Source: Bdellovibrionota bacterium (GTDB lineage Bacteria > Bdellovibrionota > UBA1018 > CAIPTA01). From it: a DNA stretch of 59,552 bases. Position 1 is the stretch's first letter. Every line of letters starts with the position of its first letter. The notes beneath the pieces are model-generated. The model was not told the DNA's origin and did not search any database. It saw only the letters and a list, made by a program, of their open reading frames with translations. Both the position numbers and the translations under genes were made by a program. The stretch lies in NCBI GenBank assembly GCA_036559405.1, contig DATBTF010000092.1, positions 1-59,552 on the forward strand, written 5' to 3'. Positions 18,421 through 26,920 of this stretch are shown piece after piece.

Positions 18421-19386
18421 TTAATTCGGACGTTTGCTGGATGCAGAGGCGCTATAGCCCTGGCTCTGCTGCATGCTCATCAGCTGCTTGATGGTGCGCT
18501 CCATGCCTTCGGAAGATCCGTCGAGAAAGATCGTATTCCCGCGGCCGTTCTCGGCGAAGTGCTTGATGGCGTCCGTCCACATCGAGAAAAGCATCACGGA
18601 AACATCCATGCCCGATTGCTTCATCTCTTCGGCGGCAAGGCGCATGCCCTTGGCCACTTCTTCTCTGAACAGCGCCACCCCTTGTCCGCGCAGCTGAGCG
18701 GCGAGACGCTCGGCTTCGGCGGCGATCTGAATCGCCTTCCCTTCGGCCTCGGCCTGCTTGGTCTTGGTGATCAGGAGCGCCTGGCCTTCGTTCTCAGCGG
18801 CGGCACGCAGGTTGCTCGAGGCCACCACGCGCGCCATTGACTGGATGATCTCGGGGTCGAAGCTGACATCGTTCATCTGCAGGTCGATGAGGTGGTAGCC
18901 CCAGCTTTCGAGGCTGTGGTCGAGCTGGGTCTTCACGGCCTCCACAATGTCGCGTCTCAGAAGCAGAATTTCGGCCTGCTTCTTGGTGGCTACGAACGAG
19001 CGCACGCAGCCTTCCACGGTACGCACGAGGGCCGTCATCAGGCTGGAATGGTCAATGAATTTAAAGGCCACGTTCTTGATCGTCTGCTCTTCTTGGTTAA
19101 GCACCGAGTACAGCAGCATCGCCTTGAAGTGCACGTTGGCTTGGTCGAGGGTGATCGCTTGGAAGTTCATCTCCACGCTTTGGTTCTGAATGGACACGCG
19201 GCGGGAAACCACTTCGATGATCGGGATGCGGAGGTTCAGGCCGGGCATCATGATGCGGCGGTATTTTCCGAACATCGTGATCACGCCCACGGTACCTTGC
19301 GCGATGGTTACGAACGGACCAAGAACCAGGAAGAGAACAACGACACCTATGAGAATTACGGGAGTGGGCATATTAGAAATCTCCAT
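18421..19386 (-). CDS. SPFH/Band-7 (stomatin/prohibitin-like) membrane protein
   Basis: N-terminal TM PTPVILIGVVVLFLVLGPF. SPFH core GVITMFGKYRRIMMPGLNLRIPIIE... Ala/Glu-rich coiled-coil tail. ATG 19386 or ATG 19371 is preferred to the ORF-track start 19467, which runs through the palindrome. Confidence 0.85.
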   Translation of the reverse strand: MEISNMPTPVILIGVVVLFLVLGPFVTIAQGTVGVITMFGKYRRIMMPGLNLRIPIIEVVSRRVSIQNQSVEMNFQAITLDQANVHFKAMLLYSVLNQEEQTIKNVAFKFIDHSSLMTALVRTVEGCVRSFVATKKQAEILLLRRDIVEAVKTQLDHSLESWGYHLIDLQMNDVSFDPEIIQSMARVVASSNLRAAAENEGQALLITKTKQAEAEGKAIQIAAEAERLAAQLRGQGVALFREEVAKGMRLAAEEMKQSGMDVSVMLFSMWTDAIKHFAENGRGNTIFLDGSSEGMERTIKQLMSMQQSQGYSASASSKRPN

Positions 19387-19438
19387 GGCTTCGGTTATGT
19401 CCCACTCCCTCAGCTTTGCCAAGGGAAGCCGGACTGAC

Positions 19439-19470
19439 GCAGTGCGAACTCGACGTCGAGTTCGCACTGC
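19439..19470. repeat. Perfect 32-bp palindrome GCAGTGCGAACTCGAC|GTCGAGTTCGCACTGC (second copy of the TGCGAACTC/GAGTTCGCA element)
   Basis: Read directly. Lies in the divergent intergenic region between the SPFH gene and the MFS gene. Confidence 0.9.
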
Positions 19471-19570
19471 ATTAAAACCCTAACCATCCCCCGATTGACT
19501 CCCCCCGTCCCCTCCCTTACATTTCCCCCCGGCTTCCCGTGGGGGGAAGTGTACGGGGGCAATCTTCACC

Positions 19571-20890
19571 ATGGTCAAGCACAGCAGCGCTTTCCAAAAG
19601 CGGCGCATCCTCAACTGGTTTCCTCTCGGTCTCACCTACGCCACCTTCTATATGGGCCGCTACAACTTCAACGTGGTGAAGGGCGATATGGGCAAGATGT
19701 TCAACCTCGACAAGGCCGAGATGGGCATGATCGCCACCCTCGGCTTCTGGACCTATGCCTTGAGCGTGATGTTCAACGGGCTGTTGGCAGACAGATTGGG
19801 CGGCCGCAAAGCCATTCTCTTTGGCGGCGTGGGCACGGCTCTGCTCAACCTCATCATAGGAATTCTTTTCTTAAGCGGCTGGCAGACCAAGATCGTCGTC
19901 GGCATGTCGCTGCTCTATTCCGTGAATATGTACTTCCAGAGCTTTGGTGCGCTTTCGGTGGTGAAAGTGAACGCCTCCTGGTTCCATGTCAAAGAGCGGG
20001 GCGTATTCGGCGGCATCTTCGGCACCATGATCTCGCTCGGCTATATGTTCGCGATTTCCGTGGGCGGCTGGATTCTCGCCTCCATGCACTGGACGATGAT
20101 CTTCCTGATCCCTTCCGCCGCCATCCTTACGATGGTCGTGGTCGACTACTTCCTCGTGCGTGACCTCCCGTCTCATGCCGGGCACAAAGACTTTGACACC
20201 GGCGATGCCTCATCCGGAGACAAAACTCCTGTGGACCTCGCCTATATCTTCAAAAAAGTTTTCACCAACCCGGTGATGCTCACGCTCGCGGCCGCCGAGT
20301 TCTGTACCGGCTTTGTACGCCAGGGCCTGCTGCTCTACTTCGTGGAGTTCCTCAAAGAGGTGCACCACGTGGAGCACGGCACCCCGCTCTTCTGGTGGGC
20401 CGGCACCGGCATTACGATCGGAGGCATTATCGGCGGCCTCCTCTGCGGATGGATGAGCGATAAGCTCTTCGACTCGCGCCGCGCTCCCGTGGCGTTCATC
20501 TTTTACTGCATGCAGGTCGTGGCGCTGCTGATGCTCGGCTTCGCAAACAGCGCCGTGGCGGCCTGCGCGCTGGTCGGTTTTGCCTGCATCTGGATCTTCG
20601 GCGTGCACGGAATGCTTTCCGGCACAGCCTCCGCCGATTTCGGCGGAAAAAAGGCCGCGGCCTCCGCCACTGGCATGCTGGATGGCGTGCAGTACGTGGC
20701 CTCAGGCTTCACGGGCTTCGGCCTCGGTTGGATCCTGAAAACCTACGGCTGGGATGGCGTCACCGAAGCCGGCCACCAGGCCACGAATGCACCGGTCTGG
20801 GTCTACTCGATCATTCCCTTCTCCGTTCTCGGCGGGCTGATCATTCTGCGCCTTTGGAATGCGCGCCCCAAACCGGGCGGAGCGCACTAA
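19571..20890 (+). CDS. MFS transporter (organophosphate/sugar-phosphate antiporter-like)
   Basis: 439 aa, about 12 predicted TM segments. MFS-type loop motif LADRLGGRKAILFG between TM2 and TM3. Confidence 0.8.
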   Translation: MVKHSSAFQKRRILNWFPLGLTYATFYMGRYNFNVVKGDMGKMFNLDKAEMGMIATLGFWTYALSVMFNGLLADRLGGRKAILFGGVGTALLNLIIGILFLSGWQTKIVVGMSLLYSVNMYFQSFGALSVVKVNASWFHVKERGVFGGIFGTMISLGYMFAISVGGWILASMHWTMIFLIPSAAILTMVVVDYFLVRDLPSHAGHKDFDTGDASSGDKTPVDLAYIFKKVFTNPVMLTLAAAEFCTGFVRQGLLLYFVEFLKEVHHVEHGTPLFWWAGTGITIGGIIGGLLCGWMSDKLFDSRRAPVAFIFYCMQVVALLMLGFANSAVAACALVGFACIWIFGVHGMLSGTASADFGGKKAAASATGMLDGVQYVASGFTGFGLGWILKTYGWDGVTEAGHQATNAPVWVYSIIPFSVLGGLIILRLWNARPKPGGAH

Positions 20891-20893
20891 AAA

Positions 20894-20911
20894 GGGGGCC
20901 TCTCGGCCCCC
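20894..20911. terminator. GC-rich hairpin between convergent genes (GGGGGCC-TCTC-GGCCCCC)
   Basis: 7-bp stem flanked by AAAAA upstream. No clear T-run on the plus side. Confidence 0.45.
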
Positions 20912-20934
20912 TCTCCTTGCCACCTACGCCAAGA

Positions 20935-21804
20935 CTACTCGCCAATGTCCCCTTCTTCCAGCCGGGCACGGATTCTATCCTGCACGGAAGGCACGGCATC
21001 GCGATGGGCGGTCACGATCGGCAGAGCCTGGTCGTAGAGGGGGCGGGCCGCAGAAGAGTCCGGTAGATCGTCCCTCACCATCGTAAGTTCCTCCACCATC
21101 TGGTCGTTCCCGCGATTCATCACCCGCAAGAAAGCCGCCTCGAACATCGGACCGCGTTTGATCTGGTTTAACCGCCGGGCCAACGCCTTCTCATAGGTCG
21201 CAGGCTGGTAGTTGGCCAGCGTGATCCCCCGGCGAGCGGCCAGAGCTCTCGTTTTCAGATCAAGCAGTTGATGCTCGTTGCGAACCCTATGGGCGTAGTT
21301 GAGCACTTGCGGATTGGTTGCTTTCGTCTCCGCCATTTTTGCCATCGCGATCTCGCTTTGGTTCACGTGGTGCAGACGGTTCAAAGCGTTTTCCAGCTGA
21401 AGCCCGCGGAGCGCCACGATGTCTTCGCCGAAGAAGGCGAAGCGGGTGCGTTCCGGAGCAGCGGCGCGAACAATGATCCGTTCCCGCTCCACCATCCCGT
21501 GCCGGGGCGCCTGCATGCGCTCCCTCATAGCCTGCCGGGCCCGTTCGCGAGCTCCGTAAATGTCAAAGTGCTCCCGCTTCATCATGCCGTTCCCACCAGA
21601 ATCCACGATGGACATGCTGCCGCCTGGATATCCGTTGGGAGGCATGACCACAGGCGGTGGTGCATCGGGAGAACGGACGGTCTGGCTACCCAAGGTGTTA
21701 CTGCCGATCCTCTCCCTGACCCATTGGCGGGCGGTCTCGGCCTTACTGTCCGCGGCAAATAGCGCCGCTAGCAGCGCGGCCCCTGAAATAATTCTGGTGT
21801 TCAT
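20935..21804 (-). CDS. Secreted DUF4142-like protein
   Basis: Signal peptide MNTRIISGAALLAALFAADSKA. The C-terminal half HVNQSEIAMAKMAETKATNPQVLNYAHRVRNEHQ resembles the DUF4142 repeat. AAGGAGG 6 nt upstream of the ATG at 21804. Confidence 0.65.
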   Translation of the reverse strand: MNTRIISGAALLAALFAADSKAETARQWVRERIGSNTLGSQTVRSPDAPPPVVMPPNGYPGGSMSIVDSGGNGMMKREHFDIYGARERARQAMRERMQAPRHGMVERERIIVRAAAPERTRFAFFGEDIVALRGLQLENALNRLHHVNQSEIAMAKMAETKATNPQVLNYAHRVRNEHQLLDLKTRALAARRGITLANYQPATYEKALARRLNQIKRGPMFEAAFLRVMNRGNDQMVEELTMVRDDLPDSSAARPLYDQALPIVTAHRDAVPSVQDRIRARLEEGDIGE

Positions 21805-21860
21805 TGGCATCCTCCTTCGCGAAAAATTGATCCGGAAAGAACGATGCAGGAATCGTGGCA

Positions 21861-21892
21861 AAAAAAAGAACCGCGGCTTGTAGCCGCGGTTC
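21861..21892 (-). terminator. Rho-independent terminator of the RRM-protein gene
   Basis: Minus strand: GAACCGCGGC-TACAA-GCCGCGGTTC followed by a T8 run (10-bp stem). Confidence 0.7.
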
Positions 21893-21921
21893 CTCTCTAT
21901 CCGATTTGAATCGGCTTTGGA

Positions 21922-22215
21922 CTAGTAACGTCCGCCGCCGAAGCCACGGCCGCCGCCTTCACGGGGCGCCTGGGGACGGGCTTCCGATACGTTGATGGCG
22001 CGGCCTTCAATCATCTGGCCGTTCATCTGCTCGATTGCCTTGGTGGCTTCCGATTCCGAGCTCATTTCCACGAAGCCGAAGCCTTTGGAACGGCCGGAGT
22101 CACGGTCCGTGATTACACGAGCCGATTCTACGGTGCCAACTTTAGAGAAAACATCCATGAGCCCATCATCGCTCATCGAATACGACAGATTACCTACATA
22201 CAATTTCTTACCCAT
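21922..22215 (-). CDS. RRM-type RNA-binding protein with Gly/Arg tail
   Basis: 97 aa. RNP2 KLYVGNL, RNP1 KGFGFVEM. C-terminal GGGRGFGGGRY. Confidence 0.9.
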   Translation of the reverse strand: MGKKLYVGNLSYSMSDDGLMDVFSKVGTVESARVITDRDSGRSKGFGFVEMSSESEATKAIEQMNGQMIEGRAINVSEARPQAPREGGGRGFGGGRY

Positions 22216-22353
22216 ACAGCCTCCTTAGGCAGGGTGCCACTTCAGAGGAGCCAGGTACCATTACCAGGAATCTAAAGGAGCGTAACATTGAGCCCAAGTG
22301 TGTAGCATGGGGGATGGGCGAACTGAAGCCCCTTTTTTACGTTCAGCGGCATT

Positions 22354-23178
22354 TTACTGCACTATAGGCGCGCCTGTTCCGTACTTCACCGGCGCGTGCT
22401 GGTAGACGCCTGCCGCGTTCGGCAGCCAGGCCGTCAGGTTGTTCCGCCGGGTCTCGTCCGAGGGGTGGGTCGAAAGCCATTCCGGCGGTGCCTTACCCTT
22501 GGTGGCTGCCCCCATCCGCTCCCAAAGCTTGATGGATTCCGCGGGCTCGTAACCAGCCTTGGCCATATAGACTTGGCCATATTGGTCGGCCTCGGTTTCG
22601 TCGCCCCGGGAAAATTTCCGGTCGAAAAAGGCCACGGCGAAGCCGGCGGCCGCCCCTCCGAGGGCCGTAAGCAGCTTACATTCCTTGGTCTTACAGAGGA
22701 GCTGGCCTCCCAATACGGCCCCCACCCCCACTCCGAGCGCGATCATATTGCCCGTCATCGCCCTGGCGTAGCGCTGTTTTCCATGCGACCTCGTGGCATG
22801 CGCCACTTCGTGCCCCAGCACCGCGGCCAGCGCGCCCTCGGTTTTTAGGATGGGCATGATGCCGGTATAGACCGCCATCTTCCCGCCGGGCATGCACCAG
22901 GCGTTGGGCTCTGGGTTTTCCAGCAGCACCCATTCCCACTGATAGTTTACGCCCGAGGAGTCGGCGATCCGCTTGGCCACCCGGTTCACCATGGCCGTCC
23001 ATTCGGCATTGGTGGAAACTTTGGATTTGCTCTTCACCTCAGCATAGGCCTTGGCTGCCTCGGCATTGATTTCGGCGTCGCTGGGCTCCTTTGTCATGTG
23101 CGCGCAGCCGGGGAGCAGAAGGGCGGTGAGCAGGGAAAGAGAAACGAACTTCTTAGACAGGGGATTGGTCTTTTTCAT
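22354..23178 (-). CDS. M48-family zinc metallopeptidase lipoprotein (BepA/LoiP-like)
   Basis: Lipobox LLLPGC. HEVAH zinc motif in VLGHEVAHATRSHG. Downstream E (GDETEAD). Confidence 0.85.
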   Translation of the reverse strand: MKKTNPLSKKFVSLSLLTALLLPGCAHMTKEPSDAEINAEAAKAYAEVKSKSKVSTNAEWTAMVNRVAKRIADSSGVNYQWEWVLLENPEPNAWCMPGGKMAVYTGIMPILKTEGALAAVLGHEVAHATRSHGKQRYARAMTGNMIALGVGVGAVLGGQLLCKTKECKLLTALGGAAAGFAVAFFDRKFSRGDETEADQYGQVYMAKAGYEPAESIKLWERMGAATKGKAPPEWLSTHPSDETRRNNLTAWLPNAAGVYQHAPVKYGTGAPIVQ

Positions 23179-23581
23179 TGCCGTCTAGCTTAGCAGCAGG
23201 AAGGGCTTGCGCAAAGGCGCTCAGCCAGTCTTTGCGCGTAAGTGGGCGCAGGCCGTAGCGGGCCCTGGCCTCATCGCAGCGGGGCTGGTGGTTTCCGTCT
23301 TCAAAAGAGGGAAGGAATTCACGGCAGGGCGAGGGGCGGAGGGTATAAATCGAGCAAGCTACTTGCTCCCCTACCTTTCCCTCCAGGGCCACACAGCGGG
23401 AGTGGTGCTTTCGATTCGTGCCACGCATGGAGCGCCGGAAGGAGGAGTAGTCTTCGGTGAGCTCCACCGGCACGGCACCGGGGTTCTCGCTGGTCTCGGC
23501 CTCACGCCAATAGAACGAAACCCGATAGTAGGCGCAGCAGGCGCCACAGGTCTGGCAGGGATGTGGTGCGGGAGCCTCCAT
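23153..23581 (-). CDS. YkgJ-family cysteine-cluster protein (UPF0153, CxxCxxCC)
   Basis: CQTCGACCAYYRVSF plus later Cys residues. GAGGAGG SD upstream of the ATG at 23581. The 3' end overlaps the M48 gene start by 26 nt. Confidence 0.75.
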   Translation of the reverse strand: MEAPAPHPCQTCGACCAYYRVSFYWREAETSENPGAVPVELTEDYSSFRRSMRGTNRKHHSRCVALEGKVGEQVACSIYTLRPSPCREFLPSFEDGNHQPRCDEARARYGLRPLTRKDWLSAFAQALPAAKLDGNEKDQSPV

Positions 23582-23631
23582 GGCCCTCCTCTAACTCAGG
23601 ATGTCCGTCTCCCGCCGCGATTGCAAGCCGA

Positions 23632-24135
23632 TCAAGCGGCTTCGCGGGAGCGATCGCGCATCCGCTGAAGCGTGGTACCTTCCCGATAGCAGGCCTGCAC
23701 TCCACCCCCGCAGCAGGCCACGGCCGCCAAAGCGTAGGTCAGGAAGATCGTCCAGGCCAATCCGGGAGATAGGTATGTGCCGGGGTTGGGAGCCAGGGCG
23801 AATCCGGGCGCGCCCACGAAAACCGCGCGGGTGAAAAAGAAGGGCACGAAAACCCCGGCGGTGGCGAAGGCGGTGAGCGCATGCAGACAAGCGCGGGCGG
23901 GCTCGTGCATGTCCACGAGGCGAACCGTGCAGTACCCGGCGAGAGCGAAGGAAACCACGGCCGTGAACACCGCATAGGCGGCCGCCCCGAGAGTGATGGT
24001 CGAGGCGAGTGGCTCCACCACGTTCATCCCGCTGATGCCTACGGCGAGACCGAAGAGCGAGAAAAACACCATGCCCGACATGCCGATGAAGGCGCCTGCA
24101 AAGATGGCGCCCCAGTGAACTTTTGAATGCAGCAT
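23632..24135 (-). CDS. Hypothetical integral membrane protein (4-5 TM)
   Basis: 167 aa, hydrophobic throughout. Strong SD (AAGGAGG 4 nt before the ATG at 24135). Confidence 0.7.
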   Translation of the reverse strand: MLHSKVHWGAIFAGAFIGMSGMVFFSLFGLAVGISGMNVVEPLASTITLGAAAYAVFTAVVSFALAGYCTVRLVDMHEPARACLHALTAFATAGVFVPFFFTRAVFVGAPGFALAPNPGTYLSPGLAWTIFLTYALAAVACCGGGVQACYREGTTLQRMRDRSREAA

Positions 24136-24236
24136 ACGACCTCCTTCGTGGCCAATTGATGCTCTTCATGCCGCAAGGGAGGTGCCAGAAACGGGAGTGC
24201 GCGCCAGACTGCCGCGTCCGGGCGCGCCCCGGGATT

Positions 24237-25385
24237 TTAGTCCGCTCTAATCTGCACCACGTGGTTCGCCAGGGTGCGGATCCAGTCATACTCGAGAAGC
24301 ACGGTGCTCTTCCCATAAGGGGCTTCTTCCCCCTTGCGTGAGCGATCGTAGTCGTAGACCGGGCCGTTCGGATCGCCATAGATCGAGTCGCGCACGAAGA
24401 ACACGCCCTTGGGATGGCAGCCGCCGCCGCTGTCCCAGGCGCCTTTGGCGCCTCGGTAGGCGCGCTCTGTTTTCTCCGCGACCCGCAACAGACGCGCTCG
24501 TTCACTGGGGTCTTTGGTGCGTTCCGCTTCGCTGCGGTAGCCCTCGGCTTTTTTCGGCATCGTCCCGAGAAAGCGGCGCACGAAGGCGCAGCTCTGGTTG
24601 TCCTGCTCGTCGTCGAAGCCGAGAATCACGGTGGCATGCCAGAAGCCGAAGTGGTTGTAGATCACGTGCACCGGAGCCTTCTTCTCCCGCAGCGCGGCTT
24701 TGATTTTGTCGACGATCTCGAAGGGCGCGACCCCCGTATTCCACTGGTTCGAGGCCGGATCGGCGAAAAGAATCTCGCGGCGGAAGCGCGGCAGCCGCAC
24801 AAGCTCGAATGTGCCGGGCCGGGGCCGCGCCTCGATCCAATTATAAGAAGTGCCGTAGCTCGCGCCGGGCTGCCCGGGTCTGGCCGGCCGGATATTGCCC
24901 TGCCTGTCTTTGGCGTACCAGCCTTTGGTGAAACGAAAGTCGGCGTTCCGCAGTGCCCCGCCCTCGCGCTGGAAAAGATAAATAGAATCTGTTTTCCAAT
25001 TGGCGATTCCGTTGCTATCTTCTGAAAAACCGGCCACGTTCATCAGATAGCGTTCGGAAAGATCGAGCGGGCCATCAGGAGTGCGCAGCTCGCCCGGATG
25101 CAGCCGCGCCAGCCACCATTCGGCGATGCCCGTAAGGCTCATGTAGAGGCACGAGCCGGCCTCGCTCTGGTTGGGCGAGCGGAGGGAGAACGGAAGGAGC
25201 TCCGTGAATCCATTCAGGCGGCCTGCCTCCGGCGCTCTCACGGAAACGGATACGGGCTCGCCTTCGTCTCCCAGATCCGGGAACTTCGTGCCCACCACCT
25301 CTTTCAACGCTAGCGGTACCTCCGCCCTGGCCTCCGTAGAAAAATGTCCGATAAAAACACAAAGGAAAATACTTAAGAGTTTCAA
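24237..25385 (-). CDS. Secreted putative papain-like (clan CA) cysteine peptidase
   Basis: Proposed TTG start at 25385 with AGGAGG 9 nt upstream, giving signal peptide LKLLSIFLCVFIGHFSTEARA. NQSEAGSC has the same Q-x5-C spacing and GSC as papain. His block FWHATVILGFDD. Later VRDSIYG. The longer ORF-track start would collide with the divergent gene at 25501. Confidence 0.5.
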   Translation of the reverse strand: MKLLSIFLCVFIGHFSTEARAEVPLALKEVVGTKFPDLGDEGEPVSVSVRAPEAGRLNGFTELLPFSLRSPNQSEAGSCLYMSLTGIAEWWLARLHPGELRTPDGPLDLSERYLMNVAGFSEDSNGIANWKTDSIYLFQREGGALRNADFRFTKGWYAKDRQGNIRPARPGQPGASYGTSYNWIEARPRPGTFELVRLPRFRREILFADPASNQWNTGVAPFEIVDKIKAALREKKAPVHVIYNHFGFWHATVILGFDDEQDNQSCAFVRRFLGTMPKKAEGYRSEAERTKDPSERARLLRVAEKTERAYRGAKGAWDSGGGCHPKGVFFVRDSIYGDPNGPVYDYDRSRKGEEAPYGKSTVLLEYDWIRTLANHVVQIRAD

Positions 25386-25500
25386 TGGGATAACCCTCCT
25401 TGTTCCGACCGCGAAATTACAGCAAGTGTGCGGCACTTTGGCGAGCTTTTTCTTGTGCTGGAAGGGAATCCTGCCGAACAGAAGAGCAGAAAGGACCCCC

Positions 25501-26916
25501 ATGAAACACCCCTTCCTCCTTCCGATCACTCTCCTTCTCCTCGCCGCCTGCTCGAGCCAACCGGCCTTGAACCGCAAGGTAGCCTTCGTTTCGAAGCACG
25601 CCACTGAAGCCAAACTCACCTTTGAATTCGAAGCGCATATGGTGAAGGAATCCAAGCCCACGATGGCCGAGGCCAAAGCGCAGGTGGAAAGCCAAGTGCA
25701 GCATATGTTCGGCCCGATGGAGAGAGCGAAAGTCTCTGCGGCCCCGAAAGAAGATCATGTGGTATCGATCCGCTCGGGCGATATCGAGCCGGTGGAAGAC
25801 GAGGCTGGCACCTGGCGGATTCCGTACAAATACGAAGGCACGATTGTGATCGAAAAAGGCCCGCGCACAAAATACGATTTCCCGCTCCCCGTTGACCCCA
25901 CCGCGATCTTCACCAACGCCCAAGGCAACAGCTCGCATAATCCCTGCACCGACGAGCACTACCAAAGCGAGGGCGACTTCTGGTACTTCTGGAGTCCGGC
26001 CGGATGGGGCAACAACGAATATCCCAGCTGCAAGCTGCGTTCGAACAAGAACGGCATCATCCAGCCGGGCGAAGACTATGAGATCGTGAGCGCCCGGATC
26101 GACCGTTTCCCCAGCGAGCGCGCCACCTATCCTGAATACGACCGCCTCGCCGACGACAACGTGATCGACGTGGTATTTTTCTACGGCAAAGACGAGCCGA
26201 CCGGCAGCAACGATCCCTACAGGTCCAGTGACATAAGCGCCGGCCTGTACCGCGACACAGTGAACATCCTCAAAGCGACCGGCGGTGACGCCATGGAGTT
26301 CCAGGTGCGCAAGTGGAGCAAGGCGGAGATCGAAGCCATTTATCCCCCCGACCAGCGTGACGCTAACGTTTTCGTGGAAGAGGCAGTGAAAACCTACATT
26401 ACCGGCCTCAAGCTGCGAGTGCGCCTCTTCTTCGGAAACATCGGCATCGACCAAAAGAGCACGGGCTTTCACTACTTCTTCCGCGACGCCCTGAAAAACT
26501 CCTCTGTGATGGTGTACAACGGGCATAGCGGCCTCGGCGGCAACCTGGATCTTTCCGAGATCGCGGCGAGCCACAGCTTCCGGCTCACTCCCAACAAGAA
26601 CCGCTACCAGATCTACTTCTTCAACAGCTGCACCTCGTATACCTACTACAATACGATGTACTTCAACCGGAAACGCACCAAGAGTGCCCGCCGGCTCACC
26701 GATCCCAAGGGAACGAAGAACCTCGACATCCTGGCGAACGGGCTTTCCACGGCCTTCAACGTGATGCACGACACGGACATGGCGCTGCTGAAGGCGATCG
26801 ACAAATACATGGCACGCGGCACCTGGACCAGCTACCAAAAGCTGGCGCGTGACATTGACTCCGACAACCTCTTTACCGTGAACGGGGACGAAGACAACCC
26901 GACCAAGCCACGTTAG
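25501..26916 (+). CDS. Lipoprotein, possible clan-CD (caspase/gingipain-like) cysteine peptidase
   Basis: Lipobox LLLAAC in MKHPFLLPITLLLLAACSS. A His-Gly block after a hydrophobic strand (VMVYNGHSGLGG) and a Cys after a hydrophobic strand (QIYFFNSCTSY) fit the clan-CD His/Cys dyad pattern. Function tentative. Confidence 0.45.
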   Translation: MKHPFLLPITLLLLAACSSQPALNRKVAFVSKHATEAKLTFEFEAHMVKESKPTMAEAKAQVESQVQHMFGPMERAKVSAAPKEDHVVSIRSGDIEPVEDEAGTWRIPYKYEGTIVIEKGPRTKYDFPLPVDPTAIFTNAQGNSSHNPCTDEHYQSEGDFWYFWSPAGWGNNEYPSCKLRSNKNGIIQPGEDYEIVSARIDRFPSERATYPEYDRLADDNVIDVVFFYGKDEPTGSNDPYRSSDISAGLYRDTVNILKATGGDAMEFQVRKWSKAEIEAIYPPDQRDANVFVEEAVKTYITGLKLRVRLFFGNIGIDQKSTGFHYFFRDALKNSSVMVYNGHSGLGGNLDLSEIAASHSFRLTPNKNRYQIYFFNSCTSYTYYNTMYFNRKRTKSARRLTDPKGTKNLDILANGLSTAFNVMHDTDMALLKAIDKYMARGTWTSYQKLARDIDSDNLFTVNGDEDNPTKPR

Positions 26917-26920
26917 AGGC

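Noticed and set aside
23591-24505. 304-aa minus-strand ORF overlapping the membrane-protein gene and the 3' end of the papain-like gene
   Set aside because: The translation is extremely Arg/Ser/Gly-rich. It overlaps two genes that have strong SD sequences and sensible products, so it is an out-of-frame artefact.
25171-25676. Long 5' extensions of both divergent genes (plus ORF from 25171; minus ORF to 25676), which would overlap each other by ~500 nt
   Set aside because: Both proteins gain proper signal peptides and SD sequences when started at 25501 (ATG) and 25385 (TTG). The extensions are mutually exclusive and compositionally odd.
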